A DNA stretch of 63,460 nt, filler included, from Globobulimina sp. (lineage: Eukaryota), in NCBI GenBank assembly GCA_003354225.1. It is 50 parts of 50 records of this genome, joined end to end, with 100 filler letters (N's around TTAATTAATTAA, not from the genome) between each part and the next. Parts side by side here need not be neighbours in the genome. Positions count along the whole stretch, not along the records: positions 49,590 to 50,760 come from PIVH01021764.1; positions 50,861 to 52,030 come from PIVH01021765.1; positions 52,131 to 53,300 come from PIVH01021766.1; positions 53,401 to 54,570 come from PIVH01021767.1; positions 54,671 to 55,840 come from PIVH01021768.1; positions 55,941 to 57,110 come from PIVH01021769.1; positions 57,211 to 58,380 come from PIVH01021770.1; positions 58,481 to 59,650 come from PIVH01021771.1; 42 more parts are not named here. The stretch is one strand, 5' to 3'. Below, piece by piece: positions 49,590 through 62,459 of this stretch. Numbering within the stretch: the first letter of the stretch is position 1; every line of letters begins with the position of its first letter. The position numbers and the translations under genes were made by a program. Under the pieces are notes generated by a model. It saw only the letters and a list, made by a program, of their open reading frames with translations. It had not been told where the DNA came from and searched no databases.

Positions 49590-50274
49590 CTCCAAAAGCA
49601 ATCTGTTTTCAAATCAAATAACATATAGTATACACTGTATCCCTCCAACGAGGTTCGTTTGTGATGTATCAAATGTACATTCCGTGCAGCTTAATATACA
49701 ATTAATTGGTTTGGGAGCTGTAACCATTAAATTTCCAGGCGATGCCAATAATGTTTGCCTCATTTACAAAGAAACAAAATGCGATATTCGAAACATAAAA
49801 TTTGATGGTCCAAAGGAATTAATTTTTGGAGTGCAGGAAAATGCAACATTACAGTTGGATAATTGTGAATTGACAGGTGACAAATATGCAGCAGTTTTGG
49901 GAGAATATGGATCGTATTTAAAAGTTAATAATTGTAGATTTATTGGAGATGGTCGTTCAAACACAGCAATTGGATTATCACCGTTTGCAAAAGAGGTAAA
50001 TATTATTGACTGTACTTTTGAAAATTGTGGAATAAACATAAAAAATGATATATATGGACGCCTTCCTGTTGATCATGAAAGTATGCAATTGAAATGCGTT
50101 GGCAATATATTTGATGTCAGTAATTCATTGGATCAGCATCATCCAATAACAGCAGACGAATCTGCAAATTATGTTGCACAGTCAGACCGATATACGTTAA
50201 GAGATAATTTGTTGAAAGGAGCATCTGGAAATTATGAAGGAAATCCAAACAAAATAAAATTGACATTACTTTAG
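49590..50274 (+). CDS. Right-handed beta-helix (pectin lyase-like) domain protein, 5' partial
   Basis: Repeated LxLDNC/VNNCRF/IIDCTFENC rungs. Confidence 0.6.
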
Positions 50275-50860
50275 AACAGCATTCATTTGAAACAGAAAAG
50301 TTCAAAATTACATCTAGAACTTGAAACACGTTTAAGAGCATGATGACATTTGTCCATAAATGTTCTATTTTTGTATCCTCACACTCAATGCGCAATTTGT
50401 TCCTTTTATTTTCAACCAAAGCAATTTCCACCACAAGATTATGTATGGAATATTGATCTCTTTGAGAAGATGAATATGGCTCAACATTTAAATCAATGCA
50501 CAAATGATAAACAGTTACTAACCACCGCCGATTACAGCAGTCCGTACAAATTGAAAACCCACTCAGATTGGTGGTGTTGAAAAACACCTGGTTTGCGATA
50601 TAAATCATATGGATTTATAGTCTTCTCACTCATGTTTAAAATGCTTGCGATTCATTTCCAGAGGTTTTGTTTTGTGATGATTTGCCTTTTTTACTTTTTT
50701 TATTTTTTGGCAATAAGGCTTCGTGAATATTGCCCAGCACTCCACTGCCCGGAATAACTGNNNNNNNNNNNNNNNNNNNNNNNNNNNNNNNNNNNNNNNN
50801 NNNNTTAATTAATTAANNNNNNNNNNNNNNNNNNNNNNNNNNNNNNNNNNNNNNNNNNNN

Positions 50861-52030
50861 AGCCTCTGAACTTGTGAACAAGGTGTCATGATGAGCACTC
50901 AAAGATGTTTTCTTACAGTAAGGTGGAAACGCTTTACCACTGTGCATGGCTGTGTTTAGAAGCATTTTCTCAATTCTGACATTAAATAAACACCAGAAAC
51001 AGTCATATTTTTGAGAAAACGAATAATAATAAGAATATATCACAAATATTAAAGAATAATATTATTTATCAATTATTTAATGAATTTGACGGATTTTATG
51101 ATGAATTTAATATTGAATTAAAAATGATTGATTTATTTGAATTATTAATATGTCAATTCAGCTGTTATCAACAAATAGAAGAGAACTGAAATAATGTTGA
51201 AAATATAATAATTTCATGGTTTTATGGATTGGAAGGAGATATATATTAAAAATTGAGCCACAAACAATATCACAAACATATGACATTAATTTTATTTGGA
51301 TGTCATTAAAAGAAATTGTTTATAAAATAAATAAAGAAAATTGTGGAATGTTTATAAGAAAAATAATATCAGACAAAAATGTTATGCATTATTTGGTATT
51401 GTATTTAAATTTTTATATTTTATGGAAAGAGAACTCGCAAATTTATAACAAATGGTATTTTATCATTGAATCATTGAGATTATCCATAAAAAAAACATAA
51501 AAAATTGCCATCACAAATTCACAATTAATTAATTTTATTATATCGTCAATTTATGTTTCGCAAATCCGTTAATAATTCACAATATTCAGTAATTTGTGAT
51601 TCATTTTGTACCAAAACAATTATAAAACAAATACAATTACCATTACAACCTAGAATTTTGTTCACACATTTTGTTGACATTGAAAAGCATCAAAACAACA
51701 ACAAAACAGACAAAAAAGCAAATAAATATTAAAAATATGATTATTTCAATTGCAATTACAATTTATTATTGTTCATTGATTTATTATTATTGAGATCAAT
51801 GAATCAAATAAAAACTATGCAAAAAAATTATAAAGCTATACCAATTTGCATTTACAACTAGTTTTTGTTCTTAATTACATCGTTTTCGTATTATGTAATT
51901 TATTTTTTTGTTCAGAATTGAGAAAATGCTTCTAAACACAGCCATGCACAGTGGTAAAGCGTTTCCACCTTACTGTAAGAAAACATCTTTGAGTGCTCAT
52001 CATGACACCTTGTTCACAAGTTCAGAGGCT
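50861..52030. repeat. Perfect 119-bp inverted repeat at both contig ends (50861-50979 and 51912-52030) around a very AT-rich spacer
   Basis: The two termini are exact reverse complements. Confidence 0.95.
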
Positions 52031-53400
52031 NNNNNNNNNNNNNNNNNNNNNNNNNNNNNNNNNNNNNNNNNNNNTTAATTAATTAANNNNNNNNNNNNNN
52101 NNNNNNNNNNNNNNNNNNNNNNNNNNNNNNCAGGTTCTGAAACAAAAGGGATCGAAGACATGATTTTGCAATAAACAGTCTTTTTTAAAAAAAGTCACAC
52201 TGTGCGAATGGACGCAAAACATGGTGTCCTTGTTTTGATATGAATGGTAATACAGGGGGGAGAAGTTTGTTGTGGCTGTAGATTGCCACCAAATAGAAAA
52301 TTGTTTAATGGAATTCGTAAAAAAAAAAACTTTCCTACTTTTTTTTTTGTGGAACTATTCATACTTTTTTTTTATAAAACCCAAAAATTAAAATGCTAGA
52401 AGATGAATGTATGACATTTGAAGGAGTGTTTTTGTGGCGATACACAGCCACAAATTAAATATGTCATGGCATCACACAAGATTTGGTGTGTCATGGCATC
52501 ACACAAAGGACCAACACTATCCAATTTGTTGTGATGATGCTTAAGGAGAGCATATATTATTTGGGTTGAAATCCCAATCATCACATTTTATTATTTTTTC
52601 ATGAAATTCTGTCTTTTTTTTTTAGTGCAAGGATCTATAGAAACGGCAAACAAACTGAAAATATAAAAAAATGTTGAGATTGATTGGACCCTGCGTTTGT
52701 AATTTGCTGCAAATAAACGTGGTTCTAATGAAAATAATGATAATGCATCAATATATAATGATGAGACACAGGCATAACGACAATTGGTGAGGTGTTTGAT
52801 AAGATCAGTACTTATCTGACACCCCTATTTCTGACAGGGCTCTTCTTGAGCCAAGCGACACTGCATGCGACACTACTTTTTCAAGTTTACACTGAACATA
52901 TCAAACAGTCTGCATTCGCCAACGATATATTAAACTAATGCCAACTAAGTTCTGACTTCGGAGCCTTAAAAGTTAGAAACCATTCTTTGTTTAATACCGA
53001 ATGGCTTTAGCTGCAAGCGTAACAAAAAGTGATTCTTGCCCCTTTGAAACATCTATTAATTGTGATCCATGTTTGGTTTTTGTTGTTTTACCAAAAAAAA
53101 CACCAGTAAAACAACTTTACGTCTCAAAAAAGGAGCTGTTTACGTGGCCTTGGGACAGTAAAATAGAAACGTTTAAGAATGTGTACATGAAGTAAAATGG
53201 AATAAAAACACAAAACACAAAACACAAAAATAAAAATTACAATTTGCTATCTAATAAATGGCGCGGTTCGCTCGCATATGATACGAACACGAACCCCACC
53301 NNNNNNNNNNNNNNNNNNNNNNNNNNNNNNNNNNNNNNNNNNNNTTAATTAATTAANNNNNNNNNNNNNNNNNNNNNNNNNNNNNNNNNNNNNNNNNNNN

Positions 53401-54134
53401 AACAGAGTTGAATTCAGATTTTGGAGCATTTGAATATTACTCAGGAATTCCTTGTTTTGGCGCAGGACTTGGTGGGGCTCGACACAGTTTCATTCATACT
53501 TTTTATGATTTGAATGGATATTTGGATGTTATTGACCCAAAATGGTATTTTGCACAAACTATGGCTAAATATGGCGGTTTGATGTTATATACTGAGATTT
53601 GCCCAGCAAGACTTAATTCCATTTGATGTGTCGAGAATTGCACTTAAATTAATTGAATGGACGAATCAAGATCTACAAAAGGAAGCAAATAATAGAAATT
53701 GTTCATTGATTAATTATATTCATTTATTGATCGAATCAAGTGAGAAATTTGTAAATGCCACAAATATATTTAATGAGTATTATTACGATATATTGGATGT
53801 GATTAATAGCGATGAAACTGATATTAATAATTATGACCATCATTTAAAGAATGACATTAAAATCATTAATGCAATTTTATCCAATTTATTTTCTCAAAAA
53901 TTATCATTAAAATATCCAAATGGTCTTCCATCGGATAAATGGTCAAAACAAATGATATTTGGTCCTTCATGGTCTGGCAATAAACGATTTCCATATATTT
54001 GGGATATTATAAATAATGGATGTGACACATCGGAATTATCAAATGCTTTTAATTTGACTGTTTCAATGATTGATGATGCTTCGGAATTATTAATGAGTTT
54101 TCAATCAATATATTCATCATTATCATCAAATTGA
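53401..54134 (+). pseudogene. Glutamate carboxypeptidase II/transferrin-receptor-like (M28B) C-terminus with a frameshift near 53586
   Basis: SDFGAF..GIP..HTFYD..IDPKW..GGLM(fs)ILRFAQQDLIPFDV; dimerisation-domain-like KQMIFGPS..FPYIWD. Confidence 0.7.
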
Positions 54135-54670
54135 GGTGGTGCTGACTGTTTGTATTTGGACGACAATGCTTAATTTTGCCAAGTTTGAAGCAAATAATCT
54201 CTTGATAATTGCACACAGAAACTAGGTTTGACCAACAATGTGATTTCATAACATTCGAGATGTTGTTTCATGCGATATTTGCGTTATGCATACAGTCACA
54301 CACAACAATTCAGGTTAATTATTTTTTATGCTTTTATGTGATAAAATGTTCTAAAAAATGTCTGTATAAATATTTACATATAATGTGTTGCAAACATTCC
54401 TTCTTTTTGTGGTTTAGCATTATGTTCATCTTCATTATTCCGCTCAATCCGCTGACCACTCATTACTTTTTTTATACAAATTGCCAATTTTTTAGCATCA
54501 GCAAATTTTTTAACACCTAATCCTCGGATATCTGCAGTAGTTAAATCTGGTAAATCTTTTACAGATAACTNNNNNNNNNNNNNNNNNNNNNNNNNNNNNN
54601 NNNNNNNNNNNNNNTTAATTAATTAANNNNNNNNNNNNNNNNNNNNNNNNNNNNNNNNNNNNNNNNNNNN

Positions 54671-55840
54671 GGATATCGCGCTGTGTTTCGTGAGCCAATT
54701 GTATCAAATTACGGCGACGGGGTAGATGCTAAATATAAAATGTGGGGTCATGCAATGCCTTCAAGTGGCTCACTGACCGTCGAGTATTTAATGAATTTGT
54801 TATATTTTACACAGAAGAATGGCAATAATAATCTAAATGATTTTCTTAATGGAGAAACATTGAGCAATTACAGTATTTATAGTGATGTGGCAGCTCATTA
54901 TTTGTTCACAGCAAATAACATTGCATTTGCAGATAGAAATAAATATATGGCTGACGCTGATTTTGTTGATGTTCCTGTGAATGCATTGTCCAATTTAGAA
55001 TATATTAAGGTAGTGTCATCAGCATTAACTAATGCAATTTATAACAACGATTCAACGAAAGTACATATATAATATAAAATTGCATTGTTTGATTCTGATA
55101 CAACTTTAATTATTATTAAATAAAGCAACGTGTGGCACAATATATGAATGACACTTTTGTGAATGCCCCAATACCTTTTGGCAATTTGGAAACAAATGTT
55201 GGAAACTCTTATAACTTGAATGACGAACATGGCACCTCGCACTTCTTTGTGATTGATAAAGATAACAACGTAGCATGCATTACAACAACAGTCGAAAGCG
55301 GATTTGGTTCAGGTGTTACCGTTCCGGGTTACGGCTTTCTACTAAACAACGAATTAACTGATTTTGAGCGGTTGGGCTATGATATAAATGGGGATTTGAT
55401 CGCTAATGCACCGGAAGGTGGTAAAAGACAAAGACGATCCGCGTTGGATATATTTGGTTTACAAGATTCTGAAACAACCGGTGGGAAAAGACCACGTTCA
55501 TCAATGTCGCCAGTTATCGTCACAAATATGGATGGTACTCAGCCTCTGTTTGCAGTGGGTTCGCCCGGTGGCAGTTATATAATTTCAACCACATTTAATG
55601 TATTGTCAAAATTGATGATCTATGATATGAATGTGCAGGACGCGATTGATGCTGGCAGGCTATGGGCATTCAATTCAAATCAAATGGTGTTGGAAAATGG
55701 CTGGTATTTGAATAATAGCAATTTGACACTTGATTTGGTGGATGAGAGAGGTTATGACCAAGTAACATTTTCAACAACGAGCAATGGGCGATGTCAAGCA
55801 GTCAAGATCATGGAAGCTAGCAATGACTTTATGCTTGAAA
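54671..55840 (+). CDS. ggt: Gamma-glutamyltranspeptidase (partial), intron 55010-55125
   Basis: MPSSG, AFADRNKYMAD, GTSHFFVID..TTTVESGFGS, LLNNELTDF, KRPRSSMSP, GSPGG. Confidence 0.93.
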
Positions 55841-55940
55841 NNNNNNNNNNNNNNNNNNNNNNNNNNNNNNNNNNNNNNNNNNNNTTAATTAATTAANNNN
55901 NNNNNNNNNNNNNNNNNNNNNNNNNNNNNNNNNNNNNNNN

Positions 55941-56202
55941 TATAATCGTTTTCCCTCAACATATAATATTGTCTTTTTTGTTGTGAGTACGCAGGGTAAG
56001 GAAACATGTACCAATCAAAATGAGTACCAATAAATTTATCCCACTCTCCAGTTTTACTCCATAACACAAACTCAAAATCACCAATTTCACCTTCTAACCT
56101 TCTTTGTGAAGGTTTTAATGAACGTGCAATTAATACATTGTCCCATGCTGGATTTGCTGGCGATATTTTTTTTGCTGGATTTAAAGAGCAACAACCACAC
56201 AT
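55941..56202 (-). CDS. Hypothetical protein with a DUF1810/OGFr-like HxDWxMFP motif, 3' partial
   Basis: THFDWYMFPYPAYS; possible N-terminal acylation motif GCC. Confidence 0.4.
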
Positions 56203-56473
56203 TTGCTTTTTATAAAACTTTTAAAATACAGTTTTTGAGTGTTGTTACTTGAAAATTTAAACAATGGACAATGATAACGCAACATCAGGTGCACTGCCAA
56301 ATGGAATAGCAACAACACCAAAATTAAACAAACAAATTGAAACATTGAAGAAAGTGATTCATAATAAAAATGTATGGATACATGCAATTTTTTTATATAC
56401 AAATACATGCACAGCACAACAATGCCACATATGATCGATATCACAGATTCAATTAAATACAGTGATAAAAAAT

Positions 56474-56887
56474 GCAGAAGAAAAATATCATGATATACAT
56501 CAAAATTATAGAGATATGGCGAATGAATTGCATAATTCATGGAGTTACAAATATGAACAATTAGAAAAAGAGAATGAGAAATTGTTAAATGAATTGACTT
56601 CCATAAAGGAAGAAAATAAAATGAAGAATGAAGCAAATTCGCCAATATCTAATATTCCCATCGCTAATATTGCCGATTCATTCGATGTGGATCACCTACG
56701 ACTTAATCAATTAACTGGCGGCAATATTGCTAATATGCCAAATATTGAATATTTTGAGCCAAAGGAAAAGGAATCCATTCAATCCAAGCAAACAATAAAA
56801 AATGGTCACATTAATAAAAGAAATAAAAAACGATCTCAATCAAAACCAAAAATGAAAAATCGAATTGTTGAAGCATACATTGATTGA
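56474..56887 (+). CDS. Hypothetical coiled-coil protein (last exon)
   Basis: E/K/N-rich ORF. Confidence 0.35.
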   Translation, partial: AEEKYHDIHQNYRDMANELHNSWSYKYEQLEKENEKLLNELTSIKEENKMKNEANSPISNIPIANIADSFDVDHLRLNQLTGGNIANMPNIEYFEPKEKESIQSKQTIKNGHINKRNKKRSQSKPKMKNRIVEAYID

Positions 56888-57434
56888 ATTAATCCCAATC
56901 CATGTCTTGAGTTAATATTTCATTGTAAAAACACACAAAATCTGTTTGCTCTTTTTGTGTTTGTTAGTTATCATTACACACATTGTTTGTATACGTCTAT
57001 CCTTGCACAGTTTATAAATATAGAAACACTTTGATTAAATCAAGTAACTCATCGGGCCGTACCCGTATATCCAAAAATCAAAATATTAAATCGAGATTGC
57101 CCAAGCTTAANNNNNNNNNNNNNNNNNNNNNNNNNNNNNNNNNNNNNNNNNNNNTTAATTAATTAANNNNNNNNNNNNNNNNNNNNNNNNNNNNNNNNNN
57201 NNNNNNNNNNGGCAATGTGAATGTGCGCGAGATTCCATGTTTGCTGGATATCATTGTATTACTCCGAAGAGTGCATTGGGAATGGCGGTATACGCGGTGA
57301 CTGGGACTGGTGCTGACAACATCGATGATGATGTACAAAGTGTGCATGCTGTTGGTGGAAAGCTGTTTTGTCAGCGGAGGTTGCGGATGATCCAATCATC
57401 ATTAATGTTGCTACTATTAATGAGCGAGACATTA

Positions 57435-57555
57435 GGGGTTGTTCTTATATTGCGCAATATAAATTGGACCTAGGACCTACGCCATCCTTAATTGCAATAT
57501 CATGGTACCTAGGTCCGAGGTCTCAATTGATATTGCGCAATATAAGAACAACCCC
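57435..57555. mobile_element. Complete 121-bp MITE, PIF/Harbinger (Tourist)-type
   Basis: 32-bp TIR GGGGTTGTTCTTATATTGCGCAATAT(A/C)AATTG with one mismatch; TTA target-site duplication at 57432-57434 and 57556-57558. Confidence 0.9.
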
Positions 57556-57612
57556 TTATGCAATTTAAAGAAAGTTTTTTTTTGTGTGAATATTAAATGA
57601 CAAAGCTAGTCA

Positions 57613-58380
57613 CTACCAATTTTTATGCTTACGCGCAGGGTCATATCCATAATCAATAGTCAACTCATCTCCTGCGAGGATGTTCCTATTCGTTTTTAAA
57701 ACAGAAACAGGATATTTTTGCTCACCTGAACCGTTTTTATAATTGAGCCACAAATGTTGTCTGGATACATTATTAGTATTTGAATGGTTGAACAAAGACG
57801 ATAATACAAACACTGCTGTCGATTCTTTACATTTATTTGATTTATATTTTCCATCAATGTCCACTTTAAAACAGTTATTATTAATCAATGCTGATATTTG
57901 TTGTACATTCAACACATTATCGACATTGTTGTATTCCTCGTTGATAATACTATTAATATCCGGAACTAACAATTGTTGATTCATTCCATTATACAGCAAT
58001 GCTAACATATACTGATCAGACTTTGTTCCATATCTCAATGTATTCAAAATCTCATATCTTAAATTATGTAATACGTCGCTGTATAAATAGGTCTTATCAT
58101 CATCCATATCAATAGCAAATATTTTGTGTATATCATCCATAGCTTTTTCAAACAGCAAAGCTGGCTCTTTTATGACAATGACATCGGAATTAATGTCATG
58201 TGTGGCAATGATACCTCTTTTTGTCACATCATTGATGTATTCCAATTTAATGTCATTGTGAATAAGTGGCTCAATTTTATTGTTGAGGCAAGAACGCATA
58301 TTAATATTCAGCTCATTTGAATTAATAAAATTATGCAATGGATTATCGATTCTTATCCCACTGTTTCCGTCAATAAATGT
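57613..58380 (-). CDS. SET-domain lysine methyltransferase, 5' partial
   Basis: RGIIATHDI, SLFNHSNTNNV, RNILAGDELTIDYG. Confidence 0.88.
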   Translation of the reverse strand, partial: TFIDGNSGIRIDNPLHNFINSNELNINMRSCLNNKIEPLIHNDIKLEYINDVTKRGIIATHDINSDVIVIKEPALLFEKAMDDIHKIFAIDMDDDKTYLYSDVLHNLRYEILNTLRYGTKSDQYMLALLYNGMNQQLLVPDINSIINEEYNNVDNVLNVQQISALINNNCFKVDIDGKYKSNKCKESTAVFVLSSLFNHSNTNNVSRQHLWLNYKNGSGEQKYPVSVLKTNRNILAGDELTIDYGYDPARKHKNW

Positions 58381-58480
58381 NNNNNNNNNNNNNNNNNNNN
58401 NNNNNNNNNNNNNNNNNNNNNNNNTTAATTAATTAANNNNNNNNNNNNNNNNNNNNNNNNNNNNNNNNNNNNNNNNNNNN

Positions 58481-59650
58481 AAATTGCATATTGCAGTTGA
58501 TTTTGGAACAGACGGATTGGGTATGAAATATGATTTGATATTCCGAGTAAAAAAAAATCAGATATGATGAGAGTATGTCGGGATTCGTAACTGATTCTCG
58601 GTATGTCTTAACTGATGAATATTTAACCAGATGAAGCAGGAACAACGCCATATTCATTTTAAAATATTTGCATCAAAAATGGATGTTGCAAAATGGATGG
58701 ATATATATTGAAGAAATTAATAGTCGGCAGATTTGTTAGATTTTAATGGCGTTGTACATGTATAGTCTTTCGTTTGTTTAAAATATTCATGAATACAGAA
58801 ATTCGTTAACGAATCCCGACCATGGAATTGAATTATACTGTTTTTCATAGGTTCTGTTATTTTGTTGACAGAGTTTTATAAAGTCATATGGATATGGACC
58901 AGCTCCAGTTATTCAAATATGTTATGTGCTTATTTCCAGGCAAGACATTCCCAGCACCTTTCTGAAATCTAGCTACATTCTTAGATAATTTGATCTGACC
59001 TGGCTTGCCTTATAAAACTCCAGCAACAAAATAACGGAAATTGTATCAATGTTTAATTTTAGACTATCACATATCATGAATATAAAAACACCATTGAGAA
59101 CTATAAAAAATTGTGAATATAATATAGGTTTGGCATATTCTGTTGGAGATAAAGTATTTGTTCACAGTAAATGGGATTCGGATAAATATAGAGATGTTAT
59201 AAAACCGAAAACAATCATTTTATTGGATAAAGATGGAAACGTTGATGCATTTGGTTCAGATGCAAAGGAATTGTTTAGTATATGTAAGATTTTTGTTTTG
59301 TAAGTTATCAACAAATTATAAACTATAATATTGTTGATCAGATATATGAAATTGCCATCAAAAAAAGAGCATATGTTATTTGAAAGATTCAAAATGATGT
59401 TATATGGTATCGTTATTTCCCATTAATTATTTTCGTATTTTTAACCCAATATAAAACAGATGGACACATACAAAATAAACTTGATAACAATTTAAATGAA
59501 GATGACGTAAAATGTGATCCAAAGAAGAAAATTGATATCAAAGAAAAATTAGTGGCTGATAATGGCACAGAATATCCAGCGGAATTAGTATTCATTAAAG
59601 CTTTACAACATATTCAAAAAGAGTCAAAAATCTTTCTCAGAAAAATGAAA
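58481..59650 (+). CDS. HSPA12-like (atypical Hsp70) protein, N-terminal exons, three introns
   Basis: IAVDFGTDGL|GLAYS..KPKTIILLD..AFGSDA..LFERFKMMLY..LVADNGTEYPAELVFIKAL. Confidence 0.75.
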
Positions 59651-59807
59651 NNNNNNNNNNNNNNNNNNNNNNNNNNNNNNNNNNNNNNNNNNNNTTAATT
59701 AATTAANNNNNNNNNNNNNNNNNNNNNNNNNNNNNNNNNNNNNNNNNNNNAAAAAAAATTAGTATTACGAAAAAAAAATATATACTTTCAAATCAAATCA
59801 AATCAAA

Positions 59808-60920
59808 TCAAATAATCTTATTCGAATTCCTCTTATTCAACCAACACGACACCAATGCAACTGATACGAACACAATCACAATACCCCATAAATTGGCAAT
59901 TGTTGCATTCCCTAAATTAATAACAATCCTCTCACTTAAATCACCATCACTTTCTAAACTATTTTCTACACTCATTCTTTTAGCGGGGACTTCCCCGCCT
60001 GAACTAAATAAAGGACATTCAAGCTCCATGTCACAAATATTAACATTTTCTGCATCACATTCAGTAGAAAGTGCAAACGTTCCACCATAATCCGGTCCTG
60101 CGCATTTAGTAGATTCTAATATCGTATCCTATTTATATAATATATACATATACAAATATAATTAGTTTAATTCTCTATACAAAAACAATGTATACACAGT
60201 ACAAAAAGCAAACCTCACTCAACAAGACATTGAATTGAGTCCCTTCTGGACAGCCTTCATCGGCAAAATCCGCAATTCTTAGCTCTCCATCCCATGCAAA
60301 TAGGACATTATTAGAATTAGTGCCACCGTCAACAAACTCACTCTGCTCTGTGTCATAAAACCCATAACAGCCTTCATACAAACTCGCAAATATTTCAATA
60401 ATTACGCATGGAAATCCACAAATATCACTAAAATCTCCAGATACGCCAATTATTGGAAAATCTACAGTATAATCTTGTATTGCTGGCATGAAACATTCTG
60501 CAGGATCTGCCTCATCCGCTGTGCGCAATAAATCTACGGTTTCGCCGTTTGATGTCAATGTATATTGTCCGGTCTCTTCATCCAATGTTAATGTCTTAAT
60601 TGAATTGGTTGCGCCTACACTGTCATCATTAAAGGAATACGCATCGAATGTGACTTGATAAATATCATCAGATACTTCAATTACGCCTGCTGTACTGCGA
60701 CCGACCACATCTATAATTTCAAATTCATTGCGTGATGACATATAAATATTACCATCTGAACGGACACAGACATTGACGGTTTCAGATGAACCTACGATGC
60801 TAAATGATCCACTAAGGAAAATATCAGTGTCTTGGGAATCAGATGAATCACTATCACTGTCGCTGTCACTTGAAATTGCACTGTGAGTGTATAGCACAAA
60901 TAATAAGAAGAACACTTTAC
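59808..60920 (-). CDS. Hypothetical secreted type I membrane protein, two exons
   Basis: Signal peptide, acidic ectodomain, intron ~60130-60216, C-terminal TM helix. Confidence 0.6.
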
Positions 60921-61393
60921 NNNNNNNNNNNNNNNNNNNNNNNNNNNNNNNNNNNNNNNNNNNNTTAATTAATTAANNNNNNNNNNNNNNNNNNNNNNNN
61001 NNNNNNNNNNNNNNNNNNNNATGAATTTGTTCTTTTTTTTTTTTGTTTGGTGCAATGGCGATTTGATTTTTTTTTGGTAAACAAAATAATGTTGACATGA
61101 ATGCTATGTTAAATGCTATATTTTTAGTTTGTGTGTATTCATTTTTTTTGTTTGTGCCTTGATGTCAATTCTTTTACGTTTCAATTTTTTGTGCATGGGA
61201 TGTTTCATTTTTTAACAAAAAAAAAGAAATCAAACAATCTATGCGTAAGAAATACAGTTAAAGCAAGTGTTTTTCGTGCTGGAATAGACAAATATTTAAA
61301 ATCGGACTTGCACGGTCACACAAAAACATCTTTATAATGCAACACACAAACAACTGCAATATTGTACAATCAATGAGCAGATTATAATAATGT

Positions 61394-62190
61394 TCACATG
61401 AACCCACCGCCAAAACCACCAAGTCCTCCTAGTCCACCACCACCACGACCACCGCCAGGTGGGTTAAAATGATCTGGGTCCGGACCAGCAGGATAATTAC
61501 CACCTGGCCCAAATGGATCAAATCTTGCCCCGGGAGGCACTAACGGTGGCTTGTTATTATTATTATTGTTATTGTTGGGATTGTTTCTATTTCTCCACTG
61601 TTGATTAATCTGATTTGGTCCCATTAAATTACCACCTCCTCCACCAAAGGGATCCATATCACCTCCAAATCCACCACCAAATGGTACACCGCCACCCATT
61701 CCACCTCTGCCGCCTCCAATAAATAATGGGTTTGGATTTGGATTTGGGTCTGGAAATATCAATGGATTTGCATCATTATTGTCCTTTTTTTTCTTATTTT
61801 TATTTTTATCCTCATTCCCTTGCTGTTCTTTCCTGTTTATTTAATTTATAAAATCGCAGATTCGCAGATGTTAATTATCACTAAACTTTCTTTGCGGAAT
61901 TACTTTGTTTGTGATTTGATCATTTATTAATACAATTAATCCGTTTATATCTTTATAAACATTGTTGTATTGGTTTAAATTCTTAGCTGCTTTGTCAGAG
62001 TGAATGTGATCATTCAAAGTGATTTCTAATGTTACGATATCATTTGAGCTTTGTCTCACGGCACTTATTAACAATTCATTTTCTTGCATTGCTAATATTT
62101 TTACTAAAATTGTATTTTTATGCTCATCATTTCCCTTTTCTTCCTCCTTTGCAATATATCTGAATTGATATATTTCGTTTGATTTATTCC
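61394..62190 (-). CDS. PSMF1: Proteasome inhibitor PI31, 5' partial, spliced
   Basis: GGGNLMGP, VPPGARFDPFGP, GPDPDHFNPPG and a Gly-rich tail. Confidence 0.85.
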
Positions 62191-62459
62191 NNNNNNNNNN
62201 NNNNNNNNNNNNNNNNNNNNNNNNNNNNNNNNNNTTAATTAATTAANNNNNNNNNNNNNNNNNNNNNNNNNNNNNNNNNNNNNNNNNNNNAATCGAGAGT
62301 GGCGGCCAAATGGAAGCATGAACCGCAAGGCCCGAAGTATATGTATAAGGCGCTCGAGAGTCGGCATCCCAGCATTGAGGGAATGGCGGCCCATCCGGAG
62401 GCAGTGAGTCATAACGAATGGAGCTTCCAGCACTTTGACGCCAGCACATTTAAAGGAGG

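Noticed and set aside
52131..53300. Short ORFs and an 18-bp direct repeat (TGTCATGGCATCACACAA x2)
   Set aside because: Only two copies, with no recognisable protein or element boundaries.
1173..62290. Regularly spaced TTAATTAATTAA repeats as a CRISPR-like or biological array
   Set aside because: Always embedded in N44 padding between length-sorted contigs; an artificial linker. ORFs ending in X..LIN are artefacts.
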